A DNA stretch of 64,000 bases from Eledone cirrhosa (lineage: Eukaryota). The notes beneath the pieces are model-generated. The model did no database searches. It was not told where the DNA came from and saw only the letters and a list, made by a program, of their open reading frames with translations. Each line of letters begins with the position of its first letter. The stretch's first letter is position 1. Below are positions 1-12,185 of the stretch, in pieces. The DNA lies in the NCBI GenBank assembly GCA_964016885.1, contig OZ024742.1, forward strand, positions 295,988,001 to 296,052,000, in the 5' to 3' direction. A program made the translations under genes and the position numbers.

Positions 1-571
1 CCACCAAACCTGAAGTGCCCAAGGTCTCAATCCAGCCCTGCTCAGAAACAGCTTGACTTGAACAATCCCCCCCACCCCCACCCACACACACGCACATATA
101 TGATGGGCTTTTGCACTGTTTCTGTCTACCAAAATTCACTTCCAAAGTATTGGTTAAGCCAAATGGGATTGAACCTAAAACTATATGGTTATGAAACAAA
201 CTACTTAATGAAACAGGCATGCCTGTGCCAAGGTATACAAAAAGAAATATTGAGAAAAGTTGACTAAAAGAACAAAGACATCTGTTAAGCTGTTCTATTT
301 AATTTATATAAGATTAGACCAAATAATTTATTGTTATGTTTATGTGTGTCTTTGATAAACATCTATAGGTTCCTGTCAGGCAGCCACACTGTGTGATATA
401 GTGAAATGGCATCTACTTTACAGTTTCCCATTTATCCTCCTCCTCTTCCTTCCCTTTATATTTTTACAGCTTCATGCTTAATTAGGAAATTTTTCAGTTT
501 CCAAGTTACTGCAAGAATAAATGAACTAAGATAAATATTTTCCAGTGACAACATTGAAATCTATTGGTTTA

Positions 572-712
572 GGACATAGCTGTATGGTTTAGAACTTTGC
601 TTTGCAGATGTGTGATTCTAAGGTCAGTCTGACTGTATTGCACCTTTGGCAAGTGTCTTTAATTATAACCTTGGGCTGATCAATGCCTTGGGGTTGAAAT
701 TTGGTAGACTGT
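572..712 (+). mobile_element. Degenerate tRNA-derived SINE with CORE-like central motif (related copies ~6486-6640, 14806-14960, 22473-22620, 53093-53232, 56297-56415)
   Basis: tRNA-like head followed by 'ccttgggcaagtgtcttc...ccttgtgagtgaatttggtagac'-like sequence, recurring with divergence across the window. Confidence 0.6.
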
Positions 713-3700
713 AACATCATAGTTTAGTGTCTCCTATTTTGAAGTTCAAATCTTGCCAGGTTTAATATACTCACTGATTTTTTTTAGGGAATAAAGTAAG
801 AATCGGTACTGTACTAGAATTAAACTGCTTTTAACTACAGTTGAGCTGATATACTAGCCATACTTAGAAGATATATTAGACCTAGCTTTACGATTTGTTA
901 AATAAAATTCAAGTTAAAGAGAAAACATCTGTATAGTAGCCTGAGCTGCTACAGATAGCAGCCAACTGAAAAACAGGAAAGGCAAGTTAGATAATGAACT
1001 AGTCTAAGATTTGATCTAAGGTTTTGACCAATATCATTTGTTTCTTTAGCAGCATTCATTGTGTTTCATGCATTTGGACCAGAATGCTAGAAATAGCAAC
1101 CAACTCTTCCTCAAATCTACCATTTCAAAAATAAGATAGGATGACCACAGTTCACTTTTCTGGAAGTGTTCAGACTAGACTGAACATTAAACTACCATAA
1201 TGGCATCAATGTTGGAGGGACTGCTGAGTGGTGTACATTGGTATATTGCTATTCATGTTGTTTTCTATAAACAGTCATTAGAGCATCAGATTGTGATATT
1301 TTTTTATATTTGTTCTGGCTATCTGAGCTGTAAATTCAAATTCCACAGAATTTAAGTTAGCTTTTCATCTCTTCAGGGCAGATAGATAAATACCAGTTTA
1401 GATTGGCAGAATTTTTAGAGCACCTGATGAGATGGAACACAGTACGTGTTCTGGCTTTGTGCATTCAGCGTTTAAACCTCTTACCACAGGAAATATAGTA
1501 ACATAACAAGACATGACAAGTCCCTATCATTAAAACAAAAAGAGACCTCTTATGAGATGTAACCTAATAGGTGGCCCACAAAACCTACACATGTGTGAAT
1601 TGTAACAGCAACAAATAAAATACGATCTCATTATTTACACTTTATAATAATTGTTATGTCAATAGTGGTTGAATTGATCAGTGAAATGTTCTATTCCTGA
1701 TCATTCCTATCTTTAGTAACAACCCTAAAATTCTTTCAATCAATATTCTGTGTGTAACTTACCTTTATATTTACTACCATCTTTATCTGCCATTCCAGAA
1801 AATGCCTAAACCTCCCCTCTTTTTACTTGCTGATCTTTTCAGCTACACATTGAATTTAAGTGGTTTCTCATCCATTATTAATTGACATATGGTTCATTAA
1901 ATGAAAGCCTGTAGATCACCTTTATATATGGTTCATTTGTTCTATAATTTTTAGCCACTAATGTAAGCAGACTGTCTTAGACCAAAGGATAATATTGAGT
2001 TGGAACTGATAATAAGTCGGCCTTGACCAGCTCTGGTTTCATGAAACTAACTACCGATTTTAAAGGTTTCCTATTTAACGCATTCAATACCATATTTTAG
2101 ATGAACAACACTGCCTATGATTTTTATAATTTGAAAATGATTAAAAATTTGGAGGCAGAATCATTATAACATCGGATAAATACTTTGTGGTATTTGTTCT
2201 GAATCTTTATAGCTCTGAGTTCAATTCCTGCCAGGCCCACTTTGCCTTTCATCCTTCTGGGGTCGATAAAATAAAGTGCCAGTCAAGTACTGATTTAAAT
2301 AAACTTTCCCCTTTCCACAAATTGCTGGCCTAAATTAGAAGTCATGATGAAGCTGATGTTTGGAACATAAGTTAACAAAATTTCTTACATAAAATAAGGT
2401 TTTTAGATAAATATGAAAGCTTTAAAATATAGATCTTAGTGTCATAGAACGAGGACTGATTTCAGATAGTTTGGTATCAAACGGCTTAGAGGCTGGATAA
2501 GGTAGGAAAGTTATGGTGGCATTCAGAGTATTAGGAAGTCTTTTACCATAACTTAAGGTTGACCCATATGTTTGGGGGAAATTTGGTGGGCAGAAACTGT
2601 GTAGAATATTTTCAGATGAACCATAGTTATAATTCAAAGGGCCAACTTTGTTCCATACTGTCATTATCATCATCATCATCATCATCATCATCATTTTGTA
2701 TCCTCGTTCCTCACTAGCATGGGCTGTACAGGATGTCAGGGTTCAAAACCAGAGGGGTCAAAGCAACGAATCTTGCTTGTTACATTCCATGCTTGACATG
2801 GTTTCTCTGGTTAGATGCCCTTCCTTATGCCAACTACTGTTTTCCTGACACCACCACAACCACTTTACAGAGTGGGCTGGATACATTTTATCAAGGTATC
2901 AACACTAACAATGTGCAAGGTGTACTGGATGCATTTTATTGTAGCATAAACACAAAAAGTCCTGTCAAATCTGTCTCCATTCGATTTTGATTGCCAAACT
3001 CTGTAGTCTTCAGTCTGTCATAACATTTACTTTACACTATGTCACACCTAATCTCGGAATACTCAGCTTCTTAACCACATCTGACCCTTTTGATACCAAA
3101 TCACCTGAAATCACCCTTGGTTCTACCATGCAAAGCTTTTTGTTTTATCATATTTATATATAAACCTTCCATCATCTTTGTTTAAGTCATACTACAAACA
3201 CCAACTTGATAATGAGAAAGTTATATAACTAAATCCATCCAAATTCTTGATTTTTAAAATTATTTGAAAATCATAGGCAGTGTCTTTCATTAGAAATTTG
3301 GTAATAAAAGGATTAAATGAATAGGCCATGTCATTAACCAAACAACTGGAATACTTATTGTTCCCCTTATCTCCTCCTCTCTCTGCCTGTAACTCTTTAA
3401 GTCTCTTTCTTTATCTCCCTTTGTCTCTATGGCTCCATTCTGTCACTGTCCCTCTCTCTGTTCTCCCTTATCTCCCACCCCACCCCCTGGGCCTTCTATC
3501 TCCTAAGTGTGTCTATTTCCATTTACATCAATATTGTTGCATTATTGTTGTGTATATGCATAAAAATAAAACCATTGTTATGCAAATACCTAATTTTAAT
3601 ATTCGGCCATTGAAGGAATATATAATTGCTATTCAAAACTCACTTCTTTGATTCCAAATACATTTTATTTAACTTTTAACATTTTCTAATGGTTTAGCTG

Positions 3701-4269
3701 AAAATATCTAACAAGTTTGTTAATTCAAATATTTGTATTATCTTTACTAATATAGAAATTGCTCTATTGGAGTAAAGATGTTATTTCTTAATTCCCTGTC
3801 ATAAATGGGAGCTGCATCACACATACATACATTCACATTCTCCCAAAAGGGAAAGAGGTAGATAGATTTATATATATATAGAGAGAGAGAGAGAGGGGGG
3901 GGGAGAGAGCAGAGTACATTTTCTTGGCACCAGCACTAAGGAGCTAGCCACAACTGAAGAGCTCTTTGTATATTGCTGTTCCTTAAAAAAGTATAAATGA
4001 TATTATTACTTCCTAGCCTCATGTGTATTAAGATATAAATAGTTCCATGTTATTGCCATTATTGTTGCTGAGGTTGTGACCTCTTTGCTTTTGTACCAAG
4101 CTTCCACTAAATGTAGACTGTAACCCCAATTAAATTTAACTATAATTGGAACAAGTTTGTTTGTCATGCTAATCTTGTTGAATTAAAATCCAAGGATGTT
4201 ATAATTTCCAATTACCTCAGCCCCCATAATTCTAATATTTTATACCTTCTTAAAATATTATTTTAATTA

Positions 4270-4690
4270 CTTCTGGTAGTGGTGATAGTGGGGGTGCCAG
4301 CAGTTGTTGTTGGTAGTGCCGGTGGTGACTTTTGAGATTGTTGATGGTGGTGGTGGTAGAGGAGGTTGTCATGGCATTAATGGTGGTACTGGTGGTGATA
4401 ATGGTGTGATGGTGTTAGTGTTGGTAGTGGTAGTTGCATTTGGTGGTGCTGATGATGGCTGTTGTGGTGGTTGTTGTTGATGGCTGTGGTGCTCTTGGTG
4501 TGATGGCAGTAGTGTTGGTGGTCATTATGGTGGTTGTGATGGTGGCATTGGATGTGGTGGTGTAGCTGTTGGTCACAGTGGTGTTGGTGGAGATTGTGTT
4601 GGTGTTTGTGATATTTGTGATGATCATGGCAGCTGTGGTGATGGTTTTGACAGAACTAGTAGCAATAATAATAATAGCAGCAGCAGCAGT
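4270..4690. repeat. Degenerate (GGT/TGA/GTT)n trinucleotide low-complexity tract
   Basis: Visible trinucleotide periodicity; yields a spurious Thr-rich ORF. Confidence 0.85.
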
Positions 4691-6282
4691 AACATTGCCT
4701 GAAGTTGTATAGTGGCATGAACAGAAATTTTTTACTGGGCTTTAAATAGAGATGTAGTAAAATCCTTATTACTACTATTCTGTGTATGCATATGGTGCAT
4801 ATATGTGTATGCATGAATGACTGTTTGTGAATAAGAGAGAAAGTCTGTGTGTGTGCATGTACATGTCTCTATGTGCATGCACATGTCTCTGTGTGTACCT
4901 GTCTGTGTGTGTGAGTGTGATGGGCAGTACTGGTTGAAAGCAAATTAAATTGCTTCTCTTGGATTAAGTGGTTGCTAAAAATTAGAATCCTGACAAAAGT
5001 TTAATGAGATTGCTGTGTGGTGGCCTAATGTCACACTTTTGCTATTTATTAAAGAATGTCTCAGCAATGATGTTGGTAGGGTAATGATAGTGATTATGGT
5101 GGCGGTGGTGATGATGATGGGTTATCTGTCTGTTTTGACAAGGAGCATTCAGTTTGTTAATCAACTGAATGGCCATCTCATTAAATAAACTTGTAAATGA
5201 GAGTGTCCCATGAATACTAGTACCCTTAACATAATTCTCAGGCTGCATTAATGTGAAACAATGTGACAAGGCTTGACATTCTGAATTACAGGTACAAGTG
5301 GAGACTGCTGGTGTCCTTGGCCCTAGGACTACCTCCCTGCTTGCCACCATTGGCTACCTACAGGTATGATACTCACGAGCTCGAATGGCTCTTCCAACGT
5401 GCCTCCCTCACCATCCTCCAGGGAAACATCTCTATTCTGACTGCTGGGGCTGTAGGGTGGCCAGTGACTGGGCTCCCATTTGCTTATAATAGTGAGAGAT
5501 TGGGAGAGCAAGAGAGATGGAGGCAGTGAGTGAAAGAGAGAGAACATCAATGCGCACGTACTCTTGATAAGATGATAGGTGTTTATTTTGAAGTATAAAT
5601 ATATTTAATCCCATATAACAGAAAACTATGAACAGCTGACGTTCCATCTGACAGGCTCCAAATAGTTTTCATTTACTCCATTTCACTCACTCACAAGGTT
5701 TTGAACAATCTAAGGCAAGATACTTACTTAAGATCCTATGCAGTAGGATCAAACTTCATTCTTTATGATTGTGAAGCTAACTTTTTAACCACTCAGCCAT
5801 ACCAGTGTCCAATAATGATACCATCCTAAACAAAATATTTCCCAAAATAGATAAAGTCTCTGTTATATTAGCTGTTTTGTTACCAAACTGCCATTGTAAT
5901 TTTATGTTAGGCTTTTGATAAATTATGTTCCAAACACTGCCCTTAATAACGTGAACAGTAGTTATATTAAAAAATCTTTCCAAATTCTTGATTAATTTCA
6001 GAATTATGTGAAAGCGTCTTTCATTAGAAATATGGTAATGAAACGATTCTATGTACAACTAGTCAACAGGTTTGGTCTCACTACTGCCCAACATAGAGAT
6101 TCTTTTACATACTGGAGTTCTATCTTGTGATGTGTTACTACTCTTTAGTCAACCTGTTTCTCTAGATCTCCCTCACCAGCCTCATATTAAGGTTGAGCTC
6201 TTGATAGAAGGGGATAGAAGACTGTCTACTAGTACTCCCACTAGTCTCTCATTGCAGTAGTATCTTACATCATCCAACAGTG

Positions 6283-6465
6283 GATTGGCAGTATCGGTAG
6301 AGGGTCGGATGTCATGCTTTCTAGCATAGAGTTATGTCCCTTTATGGACTGAGTTCAAATCCCACCGAGGTTAACTTTGCCTTTCATCCTTATGGAGTCG
6401 ATAAAATAAAGTACCAGTAATGTACTGGGTAATTGCTGGCCTTGTGCCAAAAGTAGAAACAATTA
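6283..6465 (+). mobile_element. tRNA-derived SINE with Deu/Nin-like domain (related copies ~1280-1400, 2140-2340, 7580-7720 on +)
   Basis: B-box 'gagttcaaatccc' then 'gcctttcatccttatggagtcgataaaataaagtaccag', resembling the Deu/Nin-SINE core. Confidence 0.75.
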
Positions 6466-9400
6466 TATTAAATGTGTGGAATAAACATGGCCAAATGTTT
6501 AAGAAGCCTGCTTCATAATCATTAGATCCCCAGTTCAATCTCATTGTGTGGTATCTTGGGCAAGTGGCATATACTAGTCTTGTATCAACCCATGTCTTGT
6601 GAGTGAAATTGGGTAGTCAGAAACTCTTTTAAAGCCAGTTTATTTATTGTCGATGGCCTTGTAACTGTCAGGCTGAATCTCCCTTAGAATTATGTTAAGA
6701 TTGCATATGTATGGAATAAACAGCCACTTACATGTTAATTCTGTTAATGAAACAACTAAAGAACTTATCATCAAAACTGCCAGAGGTCCAGTCCATATTA
6801 AATGTTCTCCCTGCTGTTAAACTGGCTACTAATCACAGTAGTAGGCTACAACTGACAAGAGTACACTGTACCATCTTAAAAAATAATGACACAATTCTTT
6901 TCAGTGCACTCTACAAAGGAACAACAAGTGCCTTAAGGCCATTTTCCTTACTAAAGTTAGGGTTAGCATTGTGAACCACATGATAGATGTCATATTGATC
7001 ACATGTAATGTTTTACAGCCAGATACTCTTGGTGATAACTCTTTTAGTCCCCTTTTATGACAGATTGGATGGTCATGGTTGAAATGTTTTCTCTTTGGAC
7101 AAGACTGATTTGGGGTTAAAGAACAACAAATCTTTTCCATAAACTAACTACTACTAAGACATGAAAATTTCTTTAGACCAGAAGTAGACATGGTCAATGG
7201 TAATTGCTGGGAACTTTTTCTCTTTAAATAAATAATGTTAAATAATGGTTTATTTTTATACTCAGTTCCATAGGACCAACTTAGGATAGTTATGTAATTT
7301 ATAATTTCATAAAGACTCCTCTGTAATTTCATTCTGGCTAAGTGTAATTTATATATATAATTTTCGTTTTAATGTATCTTCAGTATATTTTAAACTGGTT
7401 TTCGTATTCGGGATAAGGATATTATCTGAAAGACTGTCAAGAATCTAACACAATATCTTAATTAAATCTACTTGAATTATCACCTCGCTAGCTTTAAGTA
7501 GCAAAACGTCTTACTTAAAACTTATTAATTACCTGGAGTCTTCTTTATAAAATAATAAGGTAAATTCACCACAAATGTTGGTGGTAAATTGGAAAAGTTG
7601 TTAGTGTCAAACAAAATGTTTAGATCAGTATTTATTAAGTCCTTGCATACTGAGTTCAAATCCTAATGAAGTCCACATTACCTTTCATTCCAGGTTTGTT
7701 TAAATAAAGCACCAGTTCAGGGTGGAGTAACAGAATCATTAAGGCATTGGATGGAAAAACTTGTGGTATTTGTTCCAGCTCTTTGCATTCTGAGTTCAAA
7801 TACAACATTTTACTACGGGGAGATGTGGGTAGGGGCTGATTGATCAATGGACCTCAGTCAGTTTTTTACGATGAGTGTTCTAGTTGTTTGATCACTGGAA
7901 CAGCTTGCCCATGAAATTAATGTACAAGTGGCTAAGTATTCCACATATAATTCTCAGGAAAATTCAGCATGTCACAGTGTGCAACAAGGCTGCCCCTTGG
8001 AATTACATCACAGTCCATGCAGGGGTTATGGTAAATGACACTTGGTTATTTGGGATTTAATGATGGTGAACTAAATATGTAAATCATTTGGCCATGCTGC
8101 ACTCATTTGGGTGGTAAACTTAGTTCATTGACTGGTTTGACACCGCCACATTGATCATGGGTGTCTTTAGAGGTTTATAATCTGTTGCAAGCATTCAAGC
8201 CAGATTTCTGATTTTAGTATACCATCCTCTATCATTACCATAAACCATAAATGCCCCGAAAAAGGTTATGAGCCCTACTCTTCCATTTCTAACTAATTCA
8301 GACATAATATATTCTAGACTACAGTGCACAGTATGTCCTTCCTCATTTTTTTAAAGATTGCAAGGTTTTGAGAGAGATTTGTCTGTTGCTATTTCTAACA
8401 TGTTAAGCAATGCCTATACCAATCATTGTAAACTCTGTAACCCTCAAAGTATTGACTTGCACTAAGGTGAACAGAATCCTTTGTTAAAGAAATGAAAGTA
8501 TTACTTTAAACTATCTGATACCAACATGCATGAAACAGCCTTTGATTCTGTGATACAAAACAATTTATTTTAAAGTGTTTTAGATTTATCTAAATGCCTT
8601 CCATCATAAAGTTTTATATGAAGCTTTGTTAAGTTACACTCCAAACACTAGCTGACCTTTGAGTGGCTTAAGCAAAGTCCACTGTCTTATTGTAATATAA
8701 GAACTCAATGTTTTGCTGTATTGGAGAATCTGCCATAAAGAATCATGGACACTAAAAATAGAAAAATAGAATAAAAAAATAATCAATTTTCATTAAAAGT
8801 AGGGAGAAGGGCAATGGAAATATTAGTGGTAATAATGATGATGATGATTAAATATATTCCATGTTTTTCTGCTTTTAAATTTGGTGCATCAAAGTTCTAT
8901 TGGTGGCGTTGATAGAGAGGTGGAGGAAAGTGTAAAAACTAGTTTAGCTTTTATAGAACACAATGAAAAAAATGATTATTTTGTTCTCTCTTGAAAATCT
9001 GTTCCTTTTTTTTTATGCTGCACGAGCAAATTCATTTCTGCAGAATAATGAATGTTTCTTGTGTGTACATGGTAATATTATCATAATGATTGGTGATTGA
9101 TCTATTGATCAGTATAGAGAGAATTGTTTTTCGTTTTAGTTCCGTCTCCACACATATATTATCAATATTTAACACATAGCAAATGTTTTCACAAAAGTCG
9201 CCTTCTCCACAAAAAACGATTGTAAATAAGTGAAATTATATGGAAAAATATAAAGTATTCTTGTTTACCATTTGGTGTAAAAAAACCTAATGTTATTCTA
9301 TTCCTTTATTCTTTTATTCCTGATCACTTATTCGTTTTTTAAATCCTTTATTATAAATAGTTGATGGATCTCATTGCATTAGAATTTTAATAATAAAAGA

Positions 9401-9657
9401 ATGTGGGATGCTACTTTATATTAATTTTATTTCTTCATCATCATGTATTGCCAACTTCCCTTTCATATTTTACTTCTAAATTTCTATTGATTGTCTTTCC
9501 TTTCTTTTCTTTTTGGCTTAAAACCTTTTGTAAAAATACCTTCTTTTCCCTTTTATATGGTTTGTTTATTCTGGTTTATTTACTCGGTTTTGTAGCTCAA
9601 ATTTATTCTCAATTTTTGTATTACTAATCATAATGTTTTCTAATAATTTAAATAATA

Positions 9658-9878
9658 ATGGTGTCTGATTTAGGCAGAAGCCCAACAATTTTGGGGAGAG
9701 GGGAAAGTCGATTAAATTGACTCCAGTACATTACTGATGCTTTATTTTATCAACCCCGTAAGGATGAAAGGCAAAGCTAACCATGGCAGGATTTGAACTC
9801 AGAACGTAAATGGCCATAACTCTATACCACAAAGCATGCTGTCCGACGCTTGACTGACTCTGCTAATCCACTACCCTA
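9658..9878 (-). mobile_element. Deu/Nin-domain SINE, near full length (another minus copy ~19325-19455)
   Basis: Reverse complement of the 6283 family: 'aggatgaaaggcaaagc...atttgaactcag'. Confidence 0.75.
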
Positions 9879-10193
9879 ATGATTTAAATAATAATGTTTT
9901 CTAAAATTGTATTGTATTGACTTCATCAAATCTGTGAGTTTTATATTATAAAAGTATAGAGTAAACATTTTAAAGCCATTTTCTCTGCTAAATTAGTTAG
10001 CTTTACTATTCCCATAACGAGCGTTTCCATTTTTCCCAATACTCTGAATCTTGCCCCTCCTCATACCCTTGACTTTCATTTCTTCCCCCACTATTTTTCA
10101 TCATGTCTTTCTTGGTCTTCCTCTATCTCTATTACCTTCCACATTCGTTTCCATCAAAATCTCATCAAAATCTGTCATCTTTCATAAATATTG

Positions 10194-10370
10194 GAGGAGG
10201 AGGGGCTGAAAAGTACCTGGCTTTAAGGGTATCACAAAATGGTAGAGCTGTTATCTTCATAGGGGGCGGTGTAAGGCTGCTACAATAAGTGTGGAAATCT
10301 GAATATGTTGAATAAAATCATAATTAACTGATCCTCCTGTATTTTCTTTTACCCAAAATCAAACTTTTTG
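10194..10370. mobile_element. Degenerate mariner-type MITE remnant
   Basis: Left end 'gaggggctgaaaagtacctggcttt' resembles a mariner TIR; right end is decayed. Confidence 0.35.
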
Positions 10371-11345
10371 TACATGACCCAACCATCTCATCTCACTTAC
10401 AATATTCATCACTGAATATTCCCAGTTCTCTCTCACTTTCATCCTTCTTCATAACATAACCTAACCATCTCATTGCATTTCTCTTCACAACATTGACATC
10501 CACCAAAACATTCCAATATCTCTTCTATCCAATCTTCTCTGCTGCTTCATGTTCATGAGCCATGTCTCATTCCATAAATCATAGTACTTCTCATACATAC
10601 AGAAATGAAAACAAAGTGAATAAAACATTATTTCTGTTACTCCATCATGTGTGTGAGTTTTATTTTTATAGAGTTATATTTTTACTTTTCAAATATAACA
10701 GACTAAAAACAAAGCCTACTCCATACTCTCAGTTGAGCAGTATATCTTAGCTAAACCCCACAAACAAGATGGCAACTGGGTTGCAGTGGAGGGGAAGGTA
10801 ATTCAGAAACTCAAGATGTCAGATGTTTTCACCACTATGGGATAAACCAATCAGAGAGCAGTCAGTACTTAGTCAGCTTCAGCTGGATCAAAATATTACA
10901 CACAATACTGATGAGGATATTATCAAATACTTGATATATTCATGTGCATGTGTTTTACTACATTAAAATATCTTCTTCACTCACCATTAAAACTATATTT
11001 GCTTTATTCCACAACATAAACTAATCAACATATAATTATTATAGCATTTCATTTTAAAAGAACTTAGTAAATTTATGCAGAATCATGATAGCTTGGTTTC
11101 CATTTTCTCTTTGGCTTTACAGTCATTATCAATATAGACTGAATAAAAGTGTTCAGAGTAATTTCAATGTTTGTATGTAGTCTATATTGTGAGAGTAGAT
11201 TTATATTTTAAGTATGTAGTCATCAATATTCATCATTAAGCAAGTTTTATTGCTTGTAGTTGATGTAAATGTCCCATTCATTAGATTCTTTAAAGGATAT
11301 TAGATATAACATTTTCTGAATATGAAATATACATGTTGCAGCAAT

Positions 11346-11390
<45 letters not shown>

Positions 11391-11391
<1 letters not shown>

Positions 11392-11595
11392 TTCCTAATT
11401 TTATTTTAAATACATACATATATATACATATATAAATATATATAAGCAAGTATTGTACCAAGAAAAATAAAACGTTGGCATGAAGAGATTGTAGGTCACT
11501 ACAATCTCTTCACGCAACGTTTTATTTTTCTTGGTGCAATACTTGCTTATATATATATATTTATATATGTATGTATATAAAATGAAATTAGGAAA
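11391..11595. repeat. Long inverted repeat (fold-back), ~100-bp arms, 4-nt loop at 11495-11498, next to a (TA)n tract
   Basis: 'aagcaagtattgtaccaagaaaaataaaacgttggcatgaagagattgtag' mirrored by 'ctacaatctcttcacgcaacgttttatttttcttggtgcaatacttgctt'; outer arms 'tttcctaatttt'/'gaaattaggaaa'. Confidence 0.9.
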
Positions 11596-11904
11596 ATTAA
11601 CAAAGAGAAGACAACAAACAAAAATAAAGCAAAACAAAAAGTGTTTTTTGAAGGGGAAGCATCGAAAAATTTTTTGAAAATAAAAAGACAAACGAAAGAC
11701 ACAGAACTCCAAGGTCTTCAGCTATCGAGATAAAAATACCTGCCCTTCTGCAGAGCAACACTAAAAGTAAATGTAGAGAGTCACCAAATATTACAAATTT
11801 GGTGATGGATATATAATGGTGATGGACAATATAAGGTTTGAGTGGACCCTTTACTCTGAATAAACATGTGGCAAACATGCTATTGCTAGTGCCTAAAAAA
11901 AAAG

Positions 11905-12098
11905 GCTCCCACACTGTAAAGTGGTCATGTAGGCACCACGGTAAAAAAGCACCCAGTACTCACTGTAAATGAGGTTAGTGTTAGGAAGGACATCCAGCTG
12001 TAGAAATCAGTTCCTGTATGAGAAAAACATGGTCACCCGACCTGGCATTGCCCACAACAGAACAACCCGTCTAACCCATGCTAGCGTGGTAGAATGGA
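11905..12098 (+). mobile_element. RTE 3'UTR-like fragment
   Basis: 'gttaggaaggacatccagctgtagaaatcagttcctgtatgag...cccgtctaacccatgctagcgtgg' matches the RTE-A 3' end at 45370-45588. Confidence 0.8.
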
Positions 12099-12136
12099 TA
12101 ATATTCATATTCATTTTATTAATGCTAAATATTGAG

Positions 12137-12185
12137 TCTTGTTACTCTGGAGTTTCACCTGTTTATCACAGAGCAATGAGACAAA
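12137..12185 (-). ncRNA. Decayed hammerhead ribozyme, same family as 15184-15233
   Basis: Homologous flanks; GAAA-ctc-ca-gag-UA-acaaga retained but the CUGAUGA core reads CUCAUUG. Confidence 0.55.

Noticed and set aside
1365-1440. CTGAAGA and CTGATGA matches; similar ones at 3954, 15279, 22803 and 26158
   Set aside because: Inside SINEs or lacking GAAA and pairing stems
10904-10940. CTGATGA with possible small stems
   Set aside because: No GAAA core and no convincing stem III
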